Below, in pieces: positions 1 through 8,754 of a stretch of DNA of 33,178 nucleotides. Position numbers and translations under genes: made by a program. Position 1 is the stretch's first letter; every line of letters begins with the position of its first letter. The stretch comes from a virus (taxonomy: Duplodnaviria > Caudoviricetes), in the IMG/VR virus record IMGVR_UViG_3300028498_000046, positions 1-33,178 of that record, one strand, 5' to 3'. A model generated the notes under the pieces. That model was given only the letters and a program-made list of their open reading frames with translations, did no database searches and was not told where the DNA came from.

Positions 1-21
1 GTGTAGCTAATACATGACCCG
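1..21 (+). ncRNA. Possible 3' end of SRP RNA (4.5S, ffs-like), truncated by window start
   Basis: GTGTAGCTAATACATGACCC resembles the gammaproteobacterial SRP RNA 3' end (E. coli ...AUGUAGCUGGCAGGGCCCCC) and is followed by a terminator. The diagnostic SRP loop is outside the window. Confidence 0.35.
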
Positions 22-29
22 TTTTCCTC

Positions 30-63
30 AGCCCACAGTACCTCCTCTGTGGGCTCTTTTTTT
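30..63 (+). terminator. Rho-independent terminator, contains the integration site
   Basis: 9-bp stem AGCCCACAG (30-38) / CTGTGGGCT (47-55), 8-nt loop, then a T7 run (57-63). Confidence 0.85.
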
Positions 64-67
64 GCTT
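44..67 (+). repeat. Left attachment core (direct repeat)
   Basis: CCTCTGTGGGCTCTTTTTTTGCTT matches 32587-32609 except for a 1-nt indel. Confidence 0.85.
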
Positions 68-112
68 GTAAATCATTGATTTATATAGGTTTGATATTTT
101 AATATATTGAAT

Positions 113-136
113 TGACCACCAATTTGACCACCATTT
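113..136 (+). repeat. Putative integrase arm-type binding sites (left end)
   Basis: TGACCACCAATTTGACCACCATTT (two TGACCACCA units) is 23/24 identical to 32445-32468 at the opposite end. Confidence 0.75.
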
Positions 137-415
137 GCTCAAAATTTTAATGATTTGACCATCGATAATGGTGTAGTGACGCCTGCTTAATACCTTATTA
201 GACTCTTAAACCAAAGGATTACTGTATCGATGCTGGCTAGTGGTAGCTTATATTGCTCGCTTTCGTTCTCTCATATGTACATAACCTTAGAAGGATAGGT
301 ATTTATATAGTTGCTCAGTAATAACCAATCGGTTAAAGTTAACTAATATTTAGATATTTGCTAACAGCAGTTAACATGTGAGTTATTAAGCTATAACCAA
401 TACAATGGAGTGTTT

Positions 416-1225
416 ATGAGTCAGTACAACTTAGCTTTGATTTCTCATGAGGTAGATCAACAGATAATTTATCAACGTGCTGGAGATGGGTATGTAAATG
501 CTACCGCCATGTGCAAAGCCGTAGGAAGATTATTTGCTGACTATAACAGAAGTAAACAAGCACAAGAGTTTTTGAGTGCACTATCCGACGATATGGGAAT
601 TCCCATATCGGACTTAGTACAAGTGATTAAAGGGGGTGAGCCTCATTTACAAGGTACTTGGGTTCATCCTGACGTAGCTATTCACCTTGCACAATGGTGC
701 TCACCTAAGTTTGCTGTTCAGGTTAATAAATTTATTAGAGAGTGGATGCAAGGTGAAAATCCTTTGCAAAAAGCTCTCAGTCAGTGGCAGTTTTACATTG
801 ATAGAGCTTCCTTAGTAAACAATTCCGTACCACAAAATTACTTCAGCGTATTTAAAGAAGCAGCTCCATTGATGGTTACACTTATATAAAGTGGTGTCTT
901 AGTTGACGATAAGACAGTTCCGGATATTTCTATTGGTTCTCACTGGGCAACCTACTGGAAAAAGCAAGAACTAGCTCTTGATCACGGTGAGCCTACTAAT
1001 TATCTGCATTTTTATCCAGAGAGTTATCCTCAATCTGTTTCAAATCCTCAGAGCGTCAAAGCTTATCCTTTGAGCGCTCTTTCAGATTTTAGAATATGGC
1101 TAGAAGGCATTTATTTACCTGAAAAATTTCCAAAATATATGCTCTCTAAACAAAAACAAGGTCACATAGAAGCTGGTACCGCAAACAAATTAATAGATGC
1201 TTTTTCACCCAAAAGAATTAACTAG
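416..1225 (+). pseudogene. BstA-like abortive-infection protein (KilA-N N-terminus), interrupted by in-frame TAA at 887-889
   Basis: N-terminal KilA-N motifs (DGYVNATAMCK, GTWVHPDVAIHLAQWCSPKFAV). The same frame continues past the stop to TAG at 1223-1225 with VPDISIGSHWATYW...YLHFYPESYPQSVSNPQ...YP..ALSDFR.W, which I recognise as BstA C-terminal-like. GGAG precedes ATG 416. Confidence 0.7.
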
Positions 1226-1249
1226 TCAAACCAGAAAAGGACTTCACCC

Positions 1250-1543
1250 ATGAAAAAGCTAATATTAGCTGCAGCACTGTCTATCTTTGCAATATCATCC
1301 AATGCTGGAATCACTACGATAGATAACCCATTCCAGGGCAATACTGTTCTAAAACAGCCTGTAGAGGTTGACCATCCTCTATTTGCTAAAGGCTCTGGTG
1401 GTTCGCAGTGCAAGAGTCTACCGCGTACTTGTGGGCAGATGGCTAGCTGTGAGCAAGCCAAGCTGGCTCTTGAGTGTGGTAACACTAGACTGGACAGAGA
1501 TAAGGACGGAGTGCCATGCGAATCGATTTGTCCAGGTGGTTAA
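1250..1543 (+). CDS. Secreted Excalibur calcium-binding domain protein
   Basis: Signal peptide MKKLILAAALSIFAISSNA; C-terminal CGQMASCEQA...CGNTRLDRDKDGVPCESIC. Confidence 0.85.
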   Translation: MKKLILAAALSIFAISSNAGITTIDNPFQGNTVLKQPVEVDHPLFAKGSGGSQCKSLPRTCGQMASCEQAKLALECGNTRLDRDKDGVPCESICPGG

Positions 1544-1911
1544 TTAGCCTAGCGGCTCTATCAGCAGCTGCATGCACTCCTTCTCAAAATGAAATTTACG
1601 CTCGTCAATTTGTTTCTGGTGATGTTACGGTTCATGAAGCTTTTTGGGGAGCGGATCATGATACGCCCTACCCTTTTACGACATCAGGTGAGATATATTG
1701 TATTTATTATCCAGATTTTGGTATTGAAGTGTATTTTGAACCTGTCGGCTATAGTGAGGATTCGTCTATTGGGACACCACTTAATAAATCTGCTGCTAAA
1801 GCTCTGAAGAAAACAGGTCTGACGCCAAACGTGCCTTATAGTATTAAGAAAGGTGCTGATTTGAGTGAGGCTATAGAGGTTGGACTGAAGGCGTGTACTA
1901 TCAAGCAATAG
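1516..1911 (+). CDS. Putative lipoprotein (possibly YebY/DUF2511-like)
   Basis: Lipobox-like LSAAAC; YPFTTSGEIYC...GTPLN...DLSEAIEVGLKAC. Overlaps the upstream gene. Confidence 0.65.
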   Translation: MRIDLSRWLISLAALSAAACTPSQNEIYARQFVSGDVTVHEAFWGADHDTPYPFTTSGEIYCIYYPDFGIEVYFEPVGYSEDSSIGTPLNKSAAKALKKTGLTPNVPYSIKKGADLSEAIEVGLKACTIKQ

Positions 1912-2042
1912 ATTGGAGTTGGTGCAGAGCTTATTTAAGGATGATTAATTTTAATATCTAGATAGCTATGTTTTTGATTGAAATAATAGAAAATACATCA
2001 TGACTATAAATTTAAGATCATTTCTCACTATAGGAGCAGAAA

Positions 2043-3020
2043 ATGGGAGAAACAGCAAACACATCAAAACTAGCAAATAGAGTTTCAGATGATATCTTCA
2101 AATGGCTGAAATGGAGTAGCAAGCCATTGACTGATGTTGACTGGGAGTGCGTAAATGTTGAAAAGCATCAAACACACAAATTTAAAAAACATCCTACAGA
2201 TATTGTTTTCTACTATACACATCCTTACTCTGGGAAAACTATTTATATAAATACAGACTTAAAAAGTTATAAATCTACAAGTATTACCGAGTCTTCAGTT
2301 AGAAATTCTTTGAAAAGTTTAGCTAGGTCTATCGAATGCGCCTTGATTAGCCCAGATTGGCAGGAGAAATTTACCGATCCCAACGATGATTTTGAAGTAT
2401 CAGGACTTTTATTTACATTCAATTATGATAATCATTATTCAAAAGATTTTCTAAAGATATTGCAAGGTATTCGCTTAGAAACACTGGGTATTCAAGAGGG
2501 TCAAGTTATAGCTGTCTTTGGTCCAGAAACTATAAACTACTTAATAAACTTAGTTAATGACTTAAGACTTGTAGTACAGGATAACGAGCAGTTGGGCCCT
2601 AATTCTTATAATTTCTTTTATCCTCAACTGGTAATGAATAAAAAGCACTCATTAGATAATTATGCTGCAACTACAGAAGCAATTCTCTCACCTTATTTAA
2701 TAGTTGAGTTTAAAGAAACCTGTAAAAAACAATACGTTATATATTACAAAGAGAGTGGCGATACAGTAGATGAATTCATTTATCTTATTGATATTTTATC
2801 AAACTATCAGATTTTAGATACAAAAAACAGTATAGAAGTAGTGCTATATAATACAGAATGCAGCAATATATTAATTCACTTTGAGAGTGCAAAGAGACAA
2901 TATGCAAAAGCTTGGGGTTTAAGCCTAGAGGATAGTAACTTCAAGAATCTTACTGCAAGGTTGATAAGTAGAATACAACATACTTACAATCCTTTGAATG
3001 AAGGTATGCAAGATGAATAG
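2043..3020 (+). CDS. Putative PD-(D/E)xK-like nuclease, first gene of a low-GC three-gene operon (GAPS4a-like, tentative)
   Basis: 325 aa, RBS AGGAG. HPTDIVFYY...NTDLKSY fits a PD...DxK nuclease motif. AT-rich; lies in the accessory arm. Confidence 0.6.
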   Translation: MGETANTSKLANRVSDDIFKWLKWSSKPLTDVDWECVNVEKHQTHKFKKHPTDIVFYYTHPYSGKTIYINTDLKSYKSTSITESSVRNSLKSLARSIECALISPDWQEKFTDPNDDFEVSGLLFTFNYDNHYSKDFLKILQGIRLETLGIQEGQVIAVFGPETINYLINLVNDLRLVVQDNEQLGPNSYNFFYPQLVMNKKHSLDNYAATTEAILSPYLIVEFKETCKKQYVIYYKESGDTVDEFIYLIDILSNYQILDTKNSIEVVLYNTECSNILIHFESAKRQYAKAWGLSLEDSNFKNLTARLISRIQHTYNPLNEGMQDE

Positions 3021-4116
3021 AATCAAAAAAAGCTTATTTTTTAAAGATGACAAAGATGTTTATGATGCGCTTGTACAAAAAACTCCAAGTAAGAAAATAC
3101 TACTCAATCATCTAAAAAATAGAGGTCTGTTACTTTCAGAGGATGAAGATAAAACTGGAATTGCTGAATATATCTCACCGTTTTTTACAGGATTTTTTGA
3201 TCAAAAATTCATAGTAGATGCGAACAATGATACTAAATCAAATAAGAAGTTCGCTTCTGTTGGTTTAGATGTTGACTATGATTATTCTGAATTAAAGAAA
3301 ATATGTGATTCTATTAAAAAGCAAGAAGATGGACTTATAATTCAGAAGCATGGAGATAATATTAAGATAACGCAATCTTATACAAAGCCAGATTACTCTA
3401 AAAATGTCTTATCACAAAATACACCAAGAATGGTAGAAATAGAAATTGAAAAAAACTCGGATGGCACAGTCTTAGTACGTTCAAACAATGATGAACAGGC
3501 AACTAATATAGTATCTAAAATAAAAGAACGTGTTAAAGAAAAACATGCTGATGAATATAATGAGTTCAACATTTCATTTTCCGCCTTAGCTAGCCCAGTA
3601 GCTCGAACTGAGTTTTTCTCTAACCTAATAAAAAGCATAAAGGGTTATAGACTAACTAATGTTAAAATGGTGGCTGTTAGTAAAGAAAGTCGGTCTATGG
3701 TAAGCGATGAAGATGCTGATACTAAACTAGGTTACATTAGAAAAGCTGTCCTAAATGGTGGCTCTGTTAACTCCTCAGAAGAATTCTTGAGACTAGTTGA
3801 ATCAGGTTTCTATGTGACCAAAATTGAATGGACGATTGAATCAGACCTGCATAGTGGAGACAAAATCGACTTATATGCTGAATTCAAAAATATAGAAGAT
3901 TGTTCTGATTTTATATACTCATTACAAAGAGTTTATAAAAGAAAGGATAATGGTGATTTTTTATCTAGTGGATCTTCCCCTTCAGATATCGAGAATTCAG
4001 TTATGTTGCCAAAAATAGAGCTAGCTGCCAAGATTTCATATGAGTCTATATTATCTGAATATGGCGAGCTAGATGTTACTGTCGAGATGACTAATGAAAA
4101 CAATAAGATGGTTTAA
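3013..4116 (+). CDS. Hypothetical protein, second gene of the putative defence operon
   Basis: Long AT-rich ORF. ATG 3013 overlaps the upstream stop and is more plausible than 2998. Confidence 0.75.
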   Translation: MNRIKKSLFFKDDKDVYDALVQKTPSKKILLNHLKNRGLLLSEDEDKTGIAEYISPFFTGFFDQKFIVDANNDTKSNKKFASVGLDVDYDYSELKKICDSIKKQEDGLIIQKHGDNIKITQSYTKPDYSKNVLSQNTPRMVEIEIEKNSDGTVLVRSNNDEQATNIVSKIKERVKEKHADEYNEFNISFSALASPVARTEFFSNLIKSIKGYRLTNVKMVAVSKESRSMVSDEDADTKLGYIRKAVLNGGSVNSSEEFLRLVESGFYVTKIEWTIESDLHSGDKIDLYAEFKNIEDCSDFIYSLQRVYKRKDNGDFLSSGSSPSDIENSVMLPKIELAAKISYESILSEYGELDVTVEMTNENNKMV

Positions 4117-4786
4117 AGTAAAGCTACCTATAGATGCAGAGAGCTTATCAAAAACATTTTTAGACAATCCTTTCTCTGAAGAAGTAGGTGAAGGCTTTAT
4201 TATAAAAAAATCCACACGTTCTGAAATAATCGGTTCATTTGTTAAGACTAAAAAATTTATAAAAAAGGTTGAAAGCCCTAGAGGTGAGATCAGCACTATC
4301 TCAGGTATAGAATACTTTACTATTGAATTTAGATTTATATTAAATAATGTTAATTTGTTAGAAATATATTCTAAGCCTAGAACCCTTTTACCATTTATAA
4401 ACAAAATAATTCAAGAAATAGGTATAGGTTTTTCCATAGCAGAAATAGATATTGATATTTTTAGCTTTTTGTCTGTATTGGAAATAGAGTTCGGCAGTAT
4501 GCATATTGAAAAAATAGTTATAGAAAACATTAATATTAACAACTATGCCCTTGGTCAATTAACTATAGTCAGTGATAAAGATGCTAGAGAAAGTATAAAA
4601 AACTACTTATTGGAAGGTAAAGATTATACAGTAAAATCAATAAAAGCTCGCCTGACTAATGAGGAGTTTAAAGGTGGCTTGATAGAAATAAATAGAAACT
4701 CTAGGATAACTATCAACGATCTACCTTATAAATTATTTAGTAAGCGTTACTTGCAGATATATTTAGAATTTATAGGTTATGCTTAA
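4094..4786 (+). CDS. Hypothetical protein, third gene of the putative defence operon
   Basis: 230-aa AT-rich ORF overlapping the upstream gene and followed by a terminator. Confidence 0.75.
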   Translation: MKTIRWFKVKLPIDAESLSKTFLDNPFSEEVGEGFIIKKSTRSEIIGSFVKTKKFIKKVESPRGEISTISGIEYFTIEFRFILNNVNLLEIYSKPRTLLPFINKIIQEIGIGFSIAEIDIDIFSFLSVLEIEFGSMHIEKIVIENININNYALGQLTIVSDKDARESIKNYLLEGKDYTVKSIKARLTNEEFKGGLIEINRNSRITINDLPYKLFSKRYLQIYLEFIGYA

Positions 4787-4823
4787 TTAGGGATAGATTT
4801 TTTACTACCCACCCTATCACCCG

Positions 4824-4849
4824 ACCCGCCATTGAGCGGGTTTTTTATT
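4824..4849 (+). terminator. Rho-independent terminator of the three-gene operon
   Basis: ACCCGC-CATTGA-GCGGGT followed by TTTTTATT. Confidence 0.8.
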
Positions 4850-4879
4850 GGCCAATTTAGATCTCTAATTGTAAACAAG

Positions 4880-7090
4880 GCGCTCGACATCATGTCGAAC
4901 CCTACTATCCAAAATTGGACAGTGATATAAACTTGCCAGCCTTGCCCAACTTTGGGCACGCCTTTGTATTTTTCTACATCCTCACTCTGAGTGAAGTTTA
5001 AGACCGTTCATCATCACGATGAACCCTATCTCCTTCCCCAAACTTGGGGAGGGTAGCATTTCAAATGTAACCCTTGCTATACATCCAACCTCAATTTGAG
5101 GGTGGATAAGCACACTGCCCAAAGTTGGGCAATGGAAATAACCCATCGTAATTATCCAACCCTCAGTGGGGAGTGGGCCTAATCAAGATGAGCCCAAAAC
5201 TGGACCTATTTATTTACCTATGCATTACGCTACTACCGTTGGTGGAACGTCTTCTGAATCATAGCTGTCCTAAGCGACTGATTTTTATAAACTTCCACCA
5301 TTGACGGGAGTTGGATTACAACCGCCAGTGACGGTTAGAGCGACTCATTCAGAATTTCACATTCTGGATTGTTAAGGGTATGCTGATTTTTAGCACACCC
5401 TATCAATAAAGGTGCTAAATAAGCTGACACCAATGGGGCGGACGTTTGCTTATAGATAGGCGTCGTAATATCTACGACACCTCTATGATTTTAATCATCA
5501 GCGATGCGCCCAAATTAGAGCAGACCTTGCCAGCCTTATTCATAGCATAACTGCCAGTGGCGAATATGGTAATTATGAATATGAGTGTCCTAAATTCTAG
5601 GACACCCTGTAGCCCCCAATCATCAATGGTGATTAGATCTATTCATTCAATACTCGAGCTGACGCAAAAATCCGCTGGCATGTTGATATTGACTAATAGG
5701 TTTTTAATAGCCATGCTCAAAAGTGAGCATGGGCCTCCACACCTTAAAGAAGTCATAAACAATTGATTTTATTGCTAACGAAAAATTGCGTTGGCTGTGT
5801 AAAGATACCTCCCCAATTTTGGGAAGTGGTAAGTTTTCTACAATCAAGGGCGATAACACGATAATGAATGAGTAATTGGCTGCCGCTTTGAGTATTCAAC
5901 CCGGGGTTGTAAAGCCCGTAATCCATACCTTCTCTGCTAAGTTGTTTTTCAGCATGCGTATAAAAGTTAATTTCCACCGTTGGTGGTAATTCAATAACGG
6001 CGTTTGTTGAGGTCTGCCTAATGTACATCGTCACAACCTTTTTTATGGAATCTTAGAACCCTTATTGCGGGGATAGATATAAGCAAAGTTGAGGGGATTT
6101 ACTATAAGTGCAAAAAACATTCTTGTTATTCGCCTTGTTTAAGATGTTCTCTAATGGAATAGCATGACATCCACAATCTGTAGAAGTCCTATAGCACGGT
6201 CATTTGTCTGTGTTTCAATAGTGCGTTTGACACTATGTCACGTTTGGATATTTTCATAATTACTGTGTTAGCTCGGCTATCGCTTTTGTATTTGTATCAA
6301 TACCAACAATAGCGTCAATTTTGACCTTAAGCCATTTATTTGGCCGACCATAAATATCAGGCTCAGGTAAAAAGCCAGACTTTCGACGCTGGGTGATGGT
6401 ATCGTCAGACTTCCAACCAAAAATGGTTTTAATATCCGCTGTTGTATAGTAAGCACCTGTCACAATTTTAATTCCTTATTCAGATTGTTTGTAATATGCT
6501 CAGTGTTATCGATATAGGGTTTTATGAGGTCCTGTACCTAAAGCTTGCTGAGGTAGTAAGCTTCAGGTGCAGCGGTGAAGTACAACCCCAAGTCTAGATA
6601 TTATATCCACTAAGTTTTATTAAATCGGTCTGCCACCTTGGGTATTCACCATTGAGGTGTAAACCCCGTAGTCCGTGCCTTATCAGGCATGCTGGTTTTG
6701 TGGATGTAGAAATTTGAGCCGTTGGCGGTAATTCAATGAGACTAAGTGCTGATATCCCTATGATTGCTTTCTTAAGAACGCCCACCGTTGGTGGCGATGC
6801 TATTATGACTTAGGCATTCGACATTAAGTCGTAAACCCCGTATTCAGTGTCTTCTTGGGTATGCTGTTTTTTAGCATACCTCTAAAATTAAATTCTCTCA
6901 ATTTGAGATGATTCAATAAGACTTGTCTGTAAATATCATATTGTAGCTGTAGCGATAGGTGTGCAAATGATACGCCCAAGTGCTATTTATAATAATGTCA
7001 GATGAATCACTTTTGAATTATCAGTAGTATCAAGTATTTAGATTATAGGGTGTTAACTTCTTTACACCCTAATCAATGATTGATGATCTA
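4880..7090. repeat. Array of ~30 diverse short imperfect palindromes
   Basis: Examples: 4884-4898 TCGACAT-C-ATGTCGA; 4943-4958 TGCCCAA-CT-TTGGGCA; 5006-5024 GTTCATC-ATCAC-GATGAAC; 5035-5050 TCCCCAA-AC-TTGGGGA; 5585-5605 GTGTCCTA-AATTC-TAGGACAC; 5711-5732 CCATGCTCA-AAAG-TGAGCATGG; 6858-6880 GGTATGCTG-TTTTT-TAGCATACC; 7047-7070. No T-tails and no shared repeat unit. Confidence 0.85.
6260..6463 (-). CDS. Small AlpA/excisionase-like winged-helix protein
   Basis: YYTTADIKTIFGWKSDDTITQRRKSGFLPEPD...NKWLKVKID pattern; GTG start with AAGGA RBS. Confidence 0.7.
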   Translation of the reverse strand: MTGAYYTTADIKTIFGWKSDDTITQRRKSGFLPEPDIYGRPNKWLKVKIDAIVGIDTNTKAIAELTQ

Positions 7091-7594
7091 TTTAGAAGTA
7101 TTACTATAAATCTAAGGGCTTCATAATATACATTTCATCTATCTAGCCTTAATTTATGCGTTACATTACCGAAACTTAACAAGTACAAAAAACAGGTTGC
7201 GCGGTGCTTCCATGGGGTTGTTTTGCTAACAACTACACGTGCGCGATTATTTGCCGTTTTAGTCGTGCATTTTTGATTCGTTAAATCATACTTTAGCAGT
7301 AAATCGACAAGTTGGATGTCCTTATCTTTGATGGTAATCAAATATATTGTGGTGATTTTCTGATACTAAAATCAACTTGCAACTTTCTTTCATGGGGTTA
7401 AATTGCTGACGCAACCTATCAGTAGCTATATATAATATTTGAATAGGTCTAAGTAGGAATTTTTGACTATATCTTAGATATAGAAATGACGCTTGCTTTC
7501 ACGATGTTCAAAAAAGTCGCAAGTTAACAAAGAGAGTATTCCAGAGCCAATCTAACCAGCTATAAGATTTGAAGTAAAAACAAGGAAGTGCCCA

Positions 7595-7870
7595 ATGGCT
7601 AAGAAGTTATGGAAGAACGTCACTGAAGACGAAAAAATGAAGATGAAGCAGTTTGTTATTAATAATCCACCGGACACACCGCTGACGCCTGAATATGCAG
7701 CAAGCTACTTGGGTGTATCGACAGCAACCCTGCAAAAAATGCGCTGCGAAGATACCAATGGCATAGCATTTTTTAAGCCCAGTTATAGGTGTGTCGTTTA
7801 CTACAAGCGCGACTTAGATGCGTATTTGACAAGCTCGCCAGCCTATCGCTGCACCTCTCAATACACTTAA
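7595..7870 (+). CDS. Excisionase/HTH_17-like DNA-binding protein
   Basis: LTPEYAASYLGVSTATLQKMR...GIAFFK...VVYYKRDLDAYL; AAGGA RBS. Confidence 0.8.
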   Translation: MAKKLWKNVTEDEKMKMKQFVINNPPDTPLTPEYAASYLGVSTATLQKMRCEDTNGIAFFKPSYRCVVYYKRDLDAYLTSSPAYRCTSQYT

Positions 7871-8047
7871 CTACATGAATGCGTCAATAAGTATTGGGAA
7901 GCACTTGCTGGCAAGTATAGGATTGGGTGTACTCCAACTACCAATAGCGAATAGATTAAGCCTACTGATTATGAGGCTAGATAGTTATCATTGATTTTCA
8001 ATAAGCTTAATGGCATTAATAGAAGTCTATAGTAACGAGAGAGTGAA

Positions 8048-8236
8048 ATGATTAAATGGTTAAGCATGAGAGAAACAGCAAATGAGCTAGGGTTCAAGGA
8101 CCCACGCACCTTCCGCGATAACTATATGGACCAGTACCCACCAGATAGGGTTAATAAGCACTTAAAATGGTGGAAGCAATCAACAGTCGATTATATTAAA
8201 GAAAATGAGTTTCCAGATAGAACAAAGAAAAACTAA
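8048..8236 (+). CDS. Small AlpA/excisionase-like DNA-binding protein
   Basis: WLSMRETANELGFKDPRTFR...YPPD...KWWKQSTVDYIK. Confidence 0.7.
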   Translation: MIKWLSMRETANELGFKDPRTFRDNYMDQYPPDRVNKHLKWWKQSTVDYIKENEFPDRTKKN

Positions 8237-8343
8237 GTACAAACCTCTATTCATCTGAAAATAGGATTAACGACGCAACCAGTTAGCCCTGATGCCGGTC
8301 AGTCATAACAGCTAAGCTGCCAAAGATAACACCATGGTTAAGA

Positions 8344-8754
8344 TTAATAGCTGCCGCACAAGCTCTCGCATGGTACTCCGTCCCCATCCCTATCCAAATC
8401 ATAATTACCGCACTCAAAGGCTTTCTCAGCCTGACTACAGCTGGTCATCTCATAGCAGTACTGAGGTAACTCTGAGCAGTTATCTTCGTCCTCTTCCTCG
8501 TCTGCAGACTTATCATTGTTGAAAAATGAGAGCAATCCTCTAGGATTATCTTCATATGCTTGGGGGCTGTCATCTGCATCGCTAGCTTTGTATAGCTGAC
8601 TATACAAAATGACTCCAACTATAGAAGCTATAGCTAAGCCGGCCATTGTCTTTTTATGAAGAAGTAATTCTTTTAACAAGCAGAACATAGCCCATAGAGC
8701 AATACCTATAACAAGCAAGGCAAAGAATGTTTGAACAATAAAGACGATGCTCAT
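8344..8754 (-). CDS. Membrane-anchored Excalibur calcium-binding domain protein
   Basis: Two hydrophobic segments, an acidic linker, then CYEMTSCSQA...CGNYDLDRDGDGVPCESLC. ATG 8754 overlaps the upstream TGA (ATGA coupling). Confidence 0.8.
   Translation of the reverse strand: MSIVFIVQTFFALLVIGIALWAMFCLLKELLLHKKTMAGLAIASIVGVILYSQLYKASDADDSPQAYEDNPRGLLSFFNNDKSADEEEDEDNCSELPQYCYEMTSCSQAEKAFECGNYDLDRDGDGVPCESLCGSY

Noticed and set aside
5557-6034. ORFs 5557-5766 (+) and 5753-6034 (-)
   Set aside because: No convincing RBS or domain; they simply read through palindrome units.
4880-7090. CRISPR array, REP/BIME cluster or integron attC array
   Set aside because: No conserved repeat unit with regular spacers, no cas or integron integrase gene, no GTTRRRY/RYYYAAC cassette boundaries noticed, and the palindromes mostly differ from each other.
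6594-7341. ORFs 6594-6785 (-) and 7135-7341 (-)
   Set aside because: Short, non-ATG starts and no motifs. The IELPPT peptide shared with 5753-6034 is explained by a duplicated DNA palindrome.
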